A stretch of 64,000 bases of DNA from a virus: positions 2,624-66,623 of IMG/VR virus record IMGVR_UViG_3300025652_000057. One strand, written 5' to 3'. The translations under genes were made by a program, and so were the position numbers. The notes beneath the pieces are model-generated. The model was not told where the DNA came from. It made no database searches and was given only the letters and a program-made list of their open reading frames with translations. This document shows positions 54,304 to 63,567 of the stretch, in pieces; within the stretch, counting starts at the first letter, position 1, and each line of letters opens with the position of its first letter.

Positions 54304-56064
54304 TTATGATTCCAATGGACTTACTGTTACCGTTACGTCTTCGCCACGAATAACTAATATTCTATCTTTAGGTGGTCGAATATCTTTATTCACGCTATTA
54401 GCTATGAACTTGATTGCCTTATTCTCGAAAGAACTTATATTTAGATTTGACAACTTGATAGCGCCTGTGCTATAATTGACAGTACCAACTGAAGACTTAA
54501 AGACACTTTCAACGTCAGTGTTAGCAGTCACAAGCATAATGTTACCGTTACCATCATCTTTCGCTGTAACAAGTGTTCCGTCTACAGTAAACTTAGTAGA
54601 CTCTATAGCAGGCTTGAATGTAGAGAAGCCAGATATAGCATCAAACGGATATGGCTGTACTAGAGCAGACTCAAAAGAGAATGATGGGCTAGTAGCAAAG
54701 TTCAGAATTGGAACATATTCAATGATAGGCTTTGCTACGATATCAGTCGATACGATAGAGCCGTCAATAGCATCTAAGTATGCCGCTAGTCTTGATTGAC
54801 GGAACGTCTTATTAAAGTCATTGAGATTAGTATTCTGATATGTTATAATACCAGCATTGACTTCGCTCTGTATCTGAGCAGGACTCTTGCTAGTTAGATT
54901 AGCATCATACACTACTTTAACAACAGAGCCAACATACATAAACTTAGCAACAACAAAGACAGGCTCAATAGTAAGAGGAGTCTTATCAGATAGATATGAT
55001 CGGAAGTTGGCGATCTCGTAATCAGCCGCACCTTCACCACCACTAACATCAACTGAGATGATAACCTTTCCAAACTGAGGAGGTATTACTTCATCACCAC
55101 CATATACACTAATCGCTTGAATGTTGGGAAATCTAGCACGAAGCAGAGTTTCATAGTCTCGTTTCGTTACTGCTCTCTCCTGCACTTGGAGAGCCTTAGG
55201 AGCGAACGTCCGAATAGACTCGATGTCTTCCGCCAGAGAGCCGCCAGAAGACAATGATGTTATCGTTACGTTGATCGAAGACGCACCGCCAAAGTTACCG
55301 ATTGTAAGGGACCCGATTCCATTCGCACTAGGACCGTTAGTTACCCGATAGTTTGCTATAATAGAATCAGTGACCGTTGGCTCAAGACCAAACTTATTTC
55401 TACCAAATTGTACAGAGTACTTGCCATCATTCTCGGGCTGTAGATAGAACACTTTGTCATTTGATAAGACACCAAAGATATCAGCTCGATATGTGTAGAT
55501 TTCGCCATTCACGGTGAGTGTAAGACTTCGTGTGTCGATACCAGCATTAGACAGTACTGTATCAGTGGTAGACAATGTTTCATTAATCATACGACCTTCG
55601 TATAGATCAACATCTGTTACAGTGTATAGAGTATCATCGGCAGTAGACCGTACAGCATTATAGCTCTTGTCTGTGAGTAGATTGTATGTCTTGTTACCAC
55701 ATCTTCCTATAAACGCTTTGTTAGCGGGAATACTAAAATAGTTACTATCTAGACCAGGCGCTACAACTGTGATGGTTGCTTTAATAACAGACGATCTTCT
55801 ACTTGTAGGAAGATAGTTAAGTTCCTTTGCATGACTCAATACGCTATTACGTTGTGTAGCACTATCAAGGAACATCTCTGAGATGGCCATGTTATAGTAG
55901 TAGTTATTGTAATATGTGTTATACGACAGCACATCTAACAGGACATTCATGTTAGAGCCTTCGTAATCAAAGTCTTTAAACTTGCTCTGATTCTTTAGAA
56001 ACGTCTTGAGTGCTTCTTTAGTTTCAGCGAAGTCTAGATTTGTAATTGGTGACATATCGGCCAT
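54304..56064 (-). CDS. gp6: Baseplate wedge subunit
   Basis: LDFAETK, FKDFDYEGSNMNVLLDVLSYNT, EMFLDSA, QERAVTKRDY and YGGDEVIPPQFGKV. Confidence 0.94.
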   Translation of the reverse strand: MADMSPITNLDFAETKEALKTFLKNQSKFKDFDYEGSNMNVLLDVLSYNTYYNNYYYNMAISEMFLDSATQRNSVLSHAKELNYLPTSRRSSVIKATITVVAPGLDSNYFSIPANKAFIGRCGNKTYNLLTDKSYNAVRSTADDTLYTVTDVDLYEGRMINETLSTTDTVLSNAGIDTRSLTLTVNGEIYTYRADIFGVLSNDKVFYLQPENDGKYSVQFGRNKFGLEPTVTDSIIANYRVTNGPSANGIGSLTIGNFGGASSINVTITSLSSGGSLAEDIESIRTFAPKALQVQERAVTKRDYETLLRARFPNIQAISVYGGDEVIPPQFGKVIISVDVSGGEGAADYEIANFRSYLSDKTPLTIEPVFVVAKFMYVGSVVKVVYDANLTSKSPAQIQSEVNAGIITYQNTNLNDFNKTFRQSRLAAYLDAIDGSIVSTDIVAKPIIEYVPILNFATSPSFSFESALVQPYPFDAISGFSTFKPAIESTKFTVDGTLVTAKDDGNGNIMLVTANTDVESVFKSSVGTVNYSTGAIKLSNLNISSFENKAIKFIANSVNKDIRPPKDRILVIRGEDVTVTVSPLES

Positions 56065-56066
56065 TT

Positions 56067-56474
56067 CTATCTTACCCTATTAAGATCAATTGTAAGTGAT
56101 GATGTATTGTTACTATTTATGACACTGAATACAATCTTCACTGAGAGTTCGTTTGTATCTAAGTTAGCTGATACTTCTACGTCTCGTAGATTACATCTTG
56201 GTTCGTAAGTCTTTATAGTAGATTTAATATTCTCTTTGAGTATGAGTATGCTACTAGGATCAATGTTCTCGAATAGCGATCCTCTTATATCACACCCTAT
56301 GTTAGGTTGAAACAGTCGTTCACCACGATCAGTCATAACTAGATTAAAGATACTCTCTCGTACAGCATTCTCATTCACTATACGAGATAGGTCTGTGCGG
56401 CCTGGTATCTGATCCAGATTCCTTGTGAAGTCCGAGAAGAACTCTTGTGATCTTGTACGTGGTGATAATAACAT
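56067..56474 (-). CDS. gp25: Baseplate wedge subunit
   Basis: NENAVRESIFNLVMTDRGERLFQPNIG and YEPR. Confidence 0.94.
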   Translation of the reverse strand: MLLSPRTRSQEFFSDFTRNLDQIPGRTDLSRIVNENAVRESIFNLVMTDRGERLFQPNIGCDIRGSLFENIDPSSILILKENIKSTIKTYEPRCNLRDVEVSANLDTNELSVKIVFSVINSNNTSSLTIDLNRVR

Positions 56475-56494
56475 TTATTTTACCCTTTATGGAG

Positions 56495-56502
56495 TATTTA
56501 TA
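56495..56502 (-). promoter_or_regulatory. Late promoter TATAAATA (gp25-gp6-gp7)
   Basis: Exact motif. Confidence 0.8.
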
Positions 56503-56521
56503 CGATGAGAATAGATAAGCA

Positions 56522-58666
56522 CTACCAACCTGGTCCTCTATCTCTATTAGTCAGAGTGCTGCCAGGCTGAAACGGTACGATACCAGTTGGTGGCACAAAC
56601 TTCTTCTTCGGTGCTACTTCGGGCTCTTCAGGTCTCAGCAAGCTAAACGGCACTTCAGTCTCTTCTACTTTACTCGTGATACTAGTATTGTCAACGATGT
56701 TTGGTATACCAGAACCATCATTAGTACTAGGCTCTTCTTTGAATGTAGACTTATCATAGAATCTAAACGATGCATCAGGCTCACGTCTCTTTCTATAACC
56801 ATCTATACTATGAGTTCTCATCATAGCATTGTAGATAGGAGTTTCATTTGAAGCAAATCTTTCACTGGGAATCCATCGAACATTGTTCTCGTCAGCAACA
56901 GTACCATCTCTAGCACCAAGATGTAGACGAAGATATGATTTACCCACGGCAATACCAGAGAAGCCTACTCTACTAGCAGCTATGATAGTCTTCTCTCTTA
57001 TATCTGCAGGCACAAATAACTCTACAGCGAATCCAGAGTACTTGTGATGATATGCAGACTGACCTTGTTGTCTGATCTTGCCGGCTGTTCTACTAGACGA
57101 TCTGCTCGATGTTCTGGCTTGACCTTGCTTCAATACATACTTCTCGCCAGTGAGAGATGATAGACGTAGTAGTCTCATCCATATAGAGCTATCAACACCC
57201 TTCCATTCTTCATCGCTTACTACTTTATCACTAAACGTAATCAATCCAGCTGGACCTACGCCATCTTCACTTCTCGTATTAATATATTGAAGTTCGTCTT
57301 GACTAGGTACAGTAAGTGTGATATAATCTACGTTAGTAGGGATAGCAAGAGAACCAGTAGAGGGATCAATATATCCTAGCTCACCTGGTTGTCTATACTT
57401 GACTTCGTTTCTGAATGATGATACTTGACCACGAGCATTCTTGATACCAACTCGCACAACATATCTATTTGGGTTATTATCAAGAGCAGCTTCATTGATC
57501 TTCTCGCTTGCAATCTCTTTCTTCTCTTCGGCAATGACCTTATCTACTCTTATAGCACCTGCATCAACAGCTTTCTTCTCTTCTACTTTATCCTGTGTGT
57601 CAAGCACCGCAGTCTCTTTATTAACTTCACTCACTATCTCATTAAGCTCATCAACTGGTCCTAATAGCATATCTTTTAGTATCTCGGTGAAGTTACATAG
57701 TTTGAACATAATAAGACCAACATTCTCTAGTGTAGGTCGTTCAAAGTTACTAACCATACCAGTGATGAATGCGCTTACTTCATCTTTGATACGCTGTATA
57801 TTCTCAGGCGAAAAGAACTCTACTATCTCAGTCTGAATCTTATCAATTATCTTACCAATCTTAGCACGAGCAGCCCCGATTATATTAGCCAGATTAGCGA
57901 GTGCGGCTTTGATAGCATCGTCGATCTTCTTGGTTATCTTCTTTACTAGTTCATCCACGGCCTCTAATAGCTTCTTCTTCATCTCTTCTAGAGTAATCTT
58001 CTGAGCTAAAGAGATGGCCAACTTAGTTATGTCGAGATCTGGAAATGTTAACCCGGCTAGATCAGCAATAGTGTTGTCAAGTAGAAGAAGTCCAGCTGAT
58101 AGCAAGTCAAGTATCTTCTGATACTGTCCACATACACCTGCATTGATAGCAGACCCGAAATTGACATTAAGGAAGAAGTCAAGAGATTTTAGAAAATCAG
58201 TCAACGTTGACGATAGACCGTTAAGTACATTGAAGTTCTCAAGAGCAAAAAGAATATCGCTCATGTCAATATTGCTATCTATTGCGAAGGCTGCTATCTC
58301 AGTGAATGTGATAGGTGATTGACTAAATCTGTCAAATAGTGTAGGATAGTCAGTTAATAGGATTGCGTTATTGTTAGCGCCGTTGTTGTTATTGTTAGTA
58401 TTACCTGTAACAGTGTCAACGCCTGTGTCTGTGGCACCACCAGTACCATTGGCACCACCTGTACCACCTCCTGTACTAGAGCCAACAGCCTCATCTAGTA
58501 TACCATTCAGTCTATTCGTGACATCAATAATCGTCGCTCGATCTACTCTGTCAAGAGGATCAGCTTGCGATGTTAATGCTGATAAATCAATGATCTGCCC
58601 AGGCTTAGTAGTGAGATCAGAGAACTTACTAGTAATTGGCGTTGTGTTATTACATACTATCGACAT
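56522..58666 (-). CDS. Hypothetical baseplate-associated protein with a degenerate peptidase-M15-like C-terminal domain
   Basis: Helical N-terminal part with a G/T/N linker; SAYHHKYSGFAVEL...AASRVGFSGIAVGKSYLRLHL. Confidence 0.55.
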   Translation of the reverse strand: MSIVCNNTTPITSKFSDLTTKPGQIIDLSALTSQADPLDRVDRATIIDVTNRLNGILDEAVGSSTGGGTGGANGTGGATDTGVDTVTGNTNNNNNGANNNAILLTDYPTLFDRFSQSPITFTEIAAFAIDSNIDMSDILFALENFNVLNGLSSTLTDFLKSLDFFLNVNFGSAINAGVCGQYQKILDLLSAGLLLLDNTIADLAGLTFPDLDITKLAISLAQKITLEEMKKKLLEAVDELVKKITKKIDDAIKAALANLANIIGAARAKIGKIIDKIQTEIVEFFSPENIQRIKDEVSAFITGMVSNFERPTLENVGLIMFKLCNFTEILKDMLLGPVDELNEIVSEVNKETAVLDTQDKVEEKKAVDAGAIRVDKVIAEEKKEIASEKINEAALDNNPNRYVVRVGIKNARGQVSSFRNEVKYRQPGELGYIDPSTGSLAIPTNVDYITLTVPSQDELQYINTRSEDGVGPAGLITFSDKVVSDEEWKGVDSSIWMRLLRLSSLTGEKYVLKQGQARTSSRSSSRTAGKIRQQGQSAYHHKYSGFAVELFVPADIREKTIIAASRVGFSGIAVGKSYLRLHLGARDGTVADENNVRWIPSERFASNETPIYNAMMRTHSIDGYRKRREPDASFRFYDKSTFKEEPSTNDGSGIPNIVDNTSITSKVEETEVPFSLLRPEEPEVAPKKKFVPPTGIVPFQPGSTLTNRDRGPGW

Positions 58667-58683
58667 TTAGTTCACTCTTTTTG

Positions 58684-58711
58684 TTGACAATTGGCAGATT
58701 TGTGTTATAAT
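58684..58711 (+). promoter_or_regulatory. Sigma70 consensus promoter antisense to gp5
   Basis: TTGACA(58684-58689)-N16-TATAAT(58706-58711) with extended -10 TGT. Confidence 0.72.
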
Positions 58712-58734
58712 AGAAGTTGCATCTGTTGGTTCTG

Positions 58735-58742
58735 TATTTATT
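58735..58742 (-). promoter_or_regulatory. Variant late promoter AATAAATA (714-aa gene)
   Basis: Overlaps the gp5 TAA stop. Confidence 0.5.
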
Positions 58743-60303
58743 AATCATCGTCTGATCTCATGATGCTAGTAATACCATGCCACCATCTCTTAGTGACAGC
58801 TGGCATCTCGGGCGTGACTACGTTTGTTATCTCTTGGGGCTTGACAACTTTCGCTATCTCTGCTAAACTTATATTAGGTACAGCTCCTGTTGCTTTCTGT
58901 ATTAACTGTGGTGCTATAGATGCTGTGATAGATGTTGTTGCTAATGCGCCTGTTGCGGCTGCTGTACCATTACCGATATTAACTAGCGTTCCATCCATGC
59001 TCAATATGCCAGCAGTTCCTATTCCAAGCAGGCCTGTTGAGTGAATGTCAAGTGTTGCTGTAGATTTGATACCTATTGCAGCGACAGCACTAATGCCCAT
59101 AATACCAGTTGAGTTGATGTTCATTGTAGCTAATGCGTCTAATCTCATAGATGTCTTACTACTGATGTCTATACCTAGATGTCCTACATCAGGAAAGGGT
59201 AACGTCTGCTTAGAGATAGCTGGTAACCCGGTGCTATGTATCTTCGTGTATGCTACACTATAGAGATTAGTCTTATATGAGTCAACATGAAAGTCTCCTC
59301 CATCTCCTGCTATATTACCCGGCATTAAACACTTGAAGTACATGCCACCAAGTGTTGATAATGCTTTTAGATTCGTCTTAGCCACAAGATTGATATCATC
59401 AGCAGTCGCATACATCCCAACACCAGCACCAGAGATATTTACTTTCACCCCCGCATCTAGATTGATGTTACGAGCAGCCCGTACACTAAAGTCTGTACAC
59501 TCGATATCTAATCGGCCATTCACACTGATCTTACCAGACTTCCCAACTTTCAGTGTATAGTCTTCGTCTATAGTACTATGAGAAGAGCCTCTAACATAGG
59601 TTGACTCGATGCCCTGAGTTGTGTTATACTTGTCAGCAAATGCTTTAACAAAGATAGTACCATTCGCATCTATTTGAAAGACTGATCCTGAGCTATGAGA
59701 GATCAGAAAGTAATCACTATTCTCTCCATCTTCACCTGATCCTAGTACAATGAAGTTATCCCCATCCTTTGACTTCACAACAGTGTTACTATAGTTGTTC
59801 TCTGGCATCATAATAGGTGGTTCGTCAAACGTCTCACCATCGGCTTGTGGTATCGCTGTGTTAGAGAATACTCGTTGTGCAAGAGTCTGACCCTGACTAG
59901 CTCCTTCACCCCCTTGATATCTGTGTAAGTCTGGCTTACCGAACTTGCTCACACTCTCTGGAGGTAACATACCATCTTCACCCTCTTGACCAGATCCACT
60001 AGGCATCTGCATATGCATACCTGGCAATCTACCCATTATCATAGGCTGCTGTGCTTCTCTTCCGTCTATAAAGAAACCAAACACCCAATCACCAACAGAA
60101 GGTATGACTGGCGATACACCATAAGTACCATCTAATACAGTCGCCCATGGTAAGTGTGCAGTAGGAACACTATCAGCATCGATTGCGCTTGATCTAGGAG
60201 GATGAATGCCAAATGCTCTCACTCTTACTCTACCACTATTAGTCTTATCATGTGCGTCTTCTACAACACCCACGAAATGTAACATATTATTAAAGCCACT
60301 CAT
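58741..60303 (-). CDS. gp5: Baseplate hub/central spike, no lysozyme domain evident
   Basis: OB-fold FVGVVED...GRVRVRAFGIH...LPWA...GDWVFGFFIDG..QQPMIMG; C-terminal beta-helix repeats. Confidence 0.9.
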   Translation of the reverse strand: MSGFNNMLHFVGVVEDAHDKTNSGRVRVRAFGIHPPRSSAIDADSVPTAHLPWATVLDGTYGVSPVIPSVGDWVFGFFIDGREAQQPMIMGRLPGMHMQMPSGSGQEGEDGMLPPESVSKFGKPDLHRYQGGEGASQGQTLAQRVFSNTAIPQADGETFDEPPIMMPENNYSNTVVKSKDGDNFIVLGSGEDGENSDYFLISHSSGSVFQIDANGTIFVKAFADKYNTTQGIESTYVRGSSHSTIDEDYTLKVGKSGKISVNGRLDIECTDFSVRAARNINLDAGVKVNISGAGVGMYATADDINLVAKTNLKALSTLGGMYFKCLMPGNIAGDGGDFHVDSYKTNLYSVAYTKIHSTGLPAISKQTLPFPDVGHLGIDISSKTSMRLDALATMNINSTGIMGISAVAAIGIKSTATLDIHSTGLLGIGTAGILSMDGTLVNIGNGTAAATGALATTSITASIAPQLIQKATGAVPNISLAEIAKVVKPQEITNVVTPEMPAVTKRWWHGITSIMRSDDD

Positions 60304-60395
60304 CTCTTATCTCCATAGGCATAGTAAGCTAGCCATGATATCGTTATAGTATGCAGTAGTAAGTAGTATACTTCATTAGTACTCAACTCAATCAT
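60300..60395 (-). CDS. 31-aa hydrophobic microprotein (not in the ORF track)
   Basis: MIELSTNEVYYLLLHTITISWLAYYAYGDKR; ATGA overlap with both neighbouring genes. Confidence 0.55.
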   Translation of the reverse strand: MIELSTNEVYYLLLHTITISWLAYYAYGDKR

Positions 60396-61744
60396 GCAGC
60401 TAGTCCACCCTTAGTAATGGCCAATGTCTGCTTGAATATGTCAGCATCAAACTTACTGGTCATACCCAATACAATATACTTGCCGCTTCTCTCTCTATCA
60501 ACTTCTTTGGTACCCGCTAATGTATTACTGAACTTATACAACTCGACGTTAATGATCATGCCAGGATACAGCTCATGTCTACCATTGACCTCGATCTGAA
60601 ACGAATTCTTATTCATATGATAGTCTACTACAGGCTTCGTGGTGTAGTTCTCATAGAAGTGTTGATAAGGCTTCAGCATATTTTGAGTGCCTTCGTTCTG
60701 GCCTATCTGAGGAAAGTCAGTCACTAAGACAGTCTCAGGCGCTTCGTCGGGTCCCATATAAGCGTTGACAAACTCGGTCGAGTGTGTTAGCTTCAGTGGA
60801 TCTGGTGCCTTGTAGTCTTTGTATTCAGTACTGTAATCATACTGGCGTGATATGCGTGTTCGATAGTTGATATCGAGTTCAGTAACGGTACGTCTATATG
60901 CACCCTGCTTTATATCGGCCATTGAGTCTACCTTATCACCATACTGGACATCATTGATCGATTGCTGTGCTATGATCTGGCCAAGGCCTGTGTTATCATC
61001 TACAGTGTTGTATATAAAAAATAACTGGTTTATTTCTTGCTCGCTTTTACCCTCAAAACCGCCGTATTTATTGATTAGATACTCATGCGTACAGAAGAAA
61101 TACTTCTCTCTTGTCTCAAAGAATCTATATAAAGATGATTTATTATTAGAGGCGTATGCTCTTCTAGATAAAAACTGCATTGCTGCATCTGCTCTTAGAT
61201 TAGGTATGACTAGAGTCTGTTCTCCATCTGTTTCTTCTACTTCTAGCTCTTTATCTATCTTATTATCACCAGTAGTGAAGTATTCATCATAGATAGTTTT
61301 TGCCATATCACTTATCTTTGTATTGCCAAATGACTTTCTTATCTCTTTAGTATCTGATATAAGCTTTTGATTAGTTGTGAATCTTAATGTATACTTGACC
61401 ATTCTATCATTAATGCTACTACCAACTTTGATGTTGTCTATTGCGTAGATATAGAAGGTATATGTGACAGTTTTATTATAGAAATCAGTGATTGTTAGTG
61501 TTAATATTTCTTCTCCGCGGAGTGGTACGTCTTCTAATAGATTATTACTCTCGCTTAGTATGATATGACCTGAGACGAAAGGACTATCCACACTCTCGCT
61601 CATAGCAAGACCTATTACTGTCTTCGTTACATCGATATTATCTGGCTCGTTAGATCGTCTTGATCTATTAGAATCAGGAAATAGTGGACGAATAGTGGCG
61701 CTGTCGAGTGTATAAAACCCTGCTGATGCTAACTTACTCGTCAT
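60392..61744 (-). CDS. Baseplate hub protein (gp27-like)
   Basis: ESVDSPFVSG...PLRGEE, LVIPNL...FLSRRA...FFET and SGKYIV; between gp53 and gp5. Confidence 0.7.
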   Translation of the reverse strand: MTSKLASAGFYTLDSATIRPLFPDSNRSRRSNEPDNIDVTKTVIGLAMSESVDSPFVSGHIILSESNNLLEDVPLRGEEILTLTITDFYNKTVTYTFYIYAIDNIKVGSSINDRMVKYTLRFTTNQKLISDTKEIRKSFGNTKISDMAKTIYDEYFTTGDNKIDKELEVEETDGEQTLVIPNLRADAAMQFLSRRAYASNNKSSLYRFFETREKYFFCTHEYLINKYGGFEGKSEQEINQLFFIYNTVDDNTGLGQIIAQQSINDVQYGDKVDSMADIKQGAYRRTVTELDINYRTRISRQYDYSTEYKDYKAPDPLKLTHSTEFVNAYMGPDEAPETVLVTDFPQIGQNEGTQNMLKPYQHFYENYTTKPVVDYHMNKNSFQIEVNGRHELYPGMIINVELYKFSNTLAGTKEVDRERSGKYIVLGMTSKFDADIFKQTLAITKGGLAA

Positions 61745-62294
61745 TTAATGTGGCCTCAAGCTTATCTTTGATATAAGGAGCAAGTGATTTGTTAATTAAA
61801 ACTATCTCTCTATTCTGCTCATTTAATTTAAACTCATATTCATATACTCTTACTGGATAGAACTCAACCCGAGCCTCATTACTAGCATTAAGATAGCTTG
61901 CTCTATTAAGAGTGATATCAGGATCAATATGACTCTGATAATATAGAATATTAGCACCGATAGTAGCATTTCTACACCATTCTATTACAGCATCTCCTGT
62001 CGTACCAGACTTATCAGCATATTGAACCTTTAAATACTCTTCGAATGCGAATATAGTCTTAGGCCATTGTGTATATGGATCAACAATATCATTAGCTAGT
62101 AGTACTAACCAAGCATATGTGGGATCATCATAGTAATAAAATGCTACATCCTCAGGCTTCTCGCCCTCTTCTACTCTGTAGTCCATATATGATAACGCAT
62201 CAAACTCAACAACACTACTTAATTTAGCCTTTCGGGTGATGTCTAATAGTGTTGTTCCATTAAAGTCTGTTGTCGGAAATGCTGAGAAATACAT
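61734..62294 (-). CDS. gp53: Baseplate wedge subunit
   Basis: MYFSAFP, LysM-like YRVEEGEKPEDVAFYYY, WLVLLANDIVDPYTQWP and YEYEFKLNE. Confidence 0.9.
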   Translation of the reverse strand: MYFSAFPTTDFNGTTLLDITRKAKLSSVVEFDALSYMDYRVEEGEKPEDVAFYYYDDPTYAWLVLLANDIVDPYTQWPKTIFAFEEYLKVQYADKSGTTGDAVIEWCRNATIGANILYYQSHIDPDITLNRASYLNASNEARVEFYPVRVYEYEFKLNEQNREIVLINKSLAPYIKDKLEATLNDE

Positions 62295-62295
62295 A

Positions 62296-63504
62296 TTATG
62301 CTCCTGGCGTGAATGATACGCCACTAATACCTGTTGGTGTTGTGCCCGCTATTTGAGCTTCTGTGAATCCTTCTGCTGCCAAATCTGCTTTCGACATTAC
62401 CTTAGTCTCTACTTCGCCAGATGTTAGTACTTTACTCATAGTAACTTCATCGGACGATGCGGCATTACTAACTAATGGCGCTTTACCATCAGGAGTTAAT
62501 ATTTGAGATGGATCAAATACTGGAGTCTCTCCATCAGCTGCCGCGTCAGCAATCTTCTCTGCACGTACTTCTTCTAATAAATCTGCTTCCGAATTATCTT
62601 CTGCTGTATGAATATAGGCTTCATTTAATGACATTGTAATACGAATGGCGCTTGGCTTACCGCCCTTGTTGATCGCTATGCCGTTAGGCGTGTAATCAAT
62701 ACTTAATGAAGAGATCATCGATGTCTTAAATCTAAAGTAATATGACTCGTCAATGCCCTGAAAATATGTATCAACCATAGCTGGATATCTCAATATACCC
62801 CTATCAAGCACAGTAGCTCCTGTTATAGTGTCACCAAGAGGGCTACCAGTCTTAGGTAATACCATACGCTGAAGTGTACGAATAATCTTCTTTAATTCAC
62901 GAGATTCTTTCTCACTCTCTGGCGATAATAGCCACTCAAGTGAATGTACCTTAAGATCAACACCACTAAACACTAGAGTAGCGAATGGGTTTATTGCTGT
63001 GCCACGACCTACACCAATACCGTTAGAAATATCGGGCGCTACTGAGCCTAGACCTGCGCTTGTGAGGAATAGTGCTGCATCTGTTGCGGTGCTCATTGCT
63101 TCGCTCAATTGAGAGGTGTCTCCATTAAAGGCACCGGAAGCGGCAGATGCAAGTCCTTTCGCACCATTTACAGCAGCTCCACCTAGACTTTTGCCAATAG
63201 ATCCAACAGCGTTTGGGTCGCCTGCTAACTGTGCGGCTGTTGTGCCTAGAATACCTAATTCGTTAGAGCCAACATTAATCTTATAGTTGTCTTGAATCTG
63301 CTTTGGTAAAGGAAGAAGTATTTCAGCGAGTGGTGTTGATTGACTACCTTTGTCGCCACCATAGTTATACTCGAAGAATCGCATAAGAGTGCCATGCGCT
63401 CCAAGATTGGCAGGAAACTTCATGATACCAGTCGGACCCTTTTGCTCAACTTTACGTTGTGCCATAGCTTGTTGTGGACTCGTTTTAAGTAAACCCTTTG
63501 ACAT
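62296..63504 (-). CDS. gp48: Baseplate tail-tube cap
   Basis: ILLPLP, AINPFATLVFSGV, LSPESEKES and SIDYTP. Confidence 0.82.
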   Translation of the reverse strand: MSKGLLKTSPQQAMAQRKVEQKGPTGIMKFPANLGAHGTLMRFFEYNYGGDKGSQSTPLAEILLPLPKQIQDNYKINVGSNELGILGTTAAQLAGDPNAVGSIGKSLGGAAVNGAKGLASAASGAFNGDTSQLSEAMSTATDAALFLTSAGLGSVAPDISNGIGVGRGTAINPFATLVFSGVDLKVHSLEWLLSPESEKESRELKKIIRTLQRMVLPKTGSPLGDTITGATVLDRGILRYPAMVDTYFQGIDESYYFRFKTSMISSLSIDYTPNGIAINKGGKPSAIRITMSLNEAYIHTAEDNSEADLLEEVRAEKIADAAADGETPVFDPSQILTPDGKAPLVSNAASSDEVTMSKVLTSGEVETKVMSKADLAAEGFTEAQIAGTTPTGISGVSFTPGA

Positions 63505-63521
63505 CTTCTTTGACCTTTATA

Positions 63522-63529
63522 TATAAATA
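63522..63529 (+). promoter_or_regulatory. Late promoter TATAAATA (gp4)
   Basis: Exact motif on the plus strand. Confidence 0.78.
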
Positions 63530-63544
63530 TTGATTGGTTATAGC

Positions 63545-63552
63545 TATTTATA
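63545..63552 (-). promoter_or_regulatory. Late promoter TATAAATA (gp48-gp53-hub-gp5)
   Basis: Exact motif on the minus strand, face to face with the gp4 promoter. Confidence 0.78.
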
Positions 63553-63567
63553 TGATTTGGAGTAATT

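Noticed and set aside
217-61292. Numerous 60-190 aa ORFs antisense to or nested in long genes
   Set aside because: Shadow ORFs opposite clearly recognisable genes, with no RBS or family motifs.
63498-63527. TTGACA-N18-TATAAA sigma70-like promoter
   Set aside because: TTGACA is the reverse complement of the gp48 start (ATG TCA A) and the -10 is the late promoter; likely coincidental.
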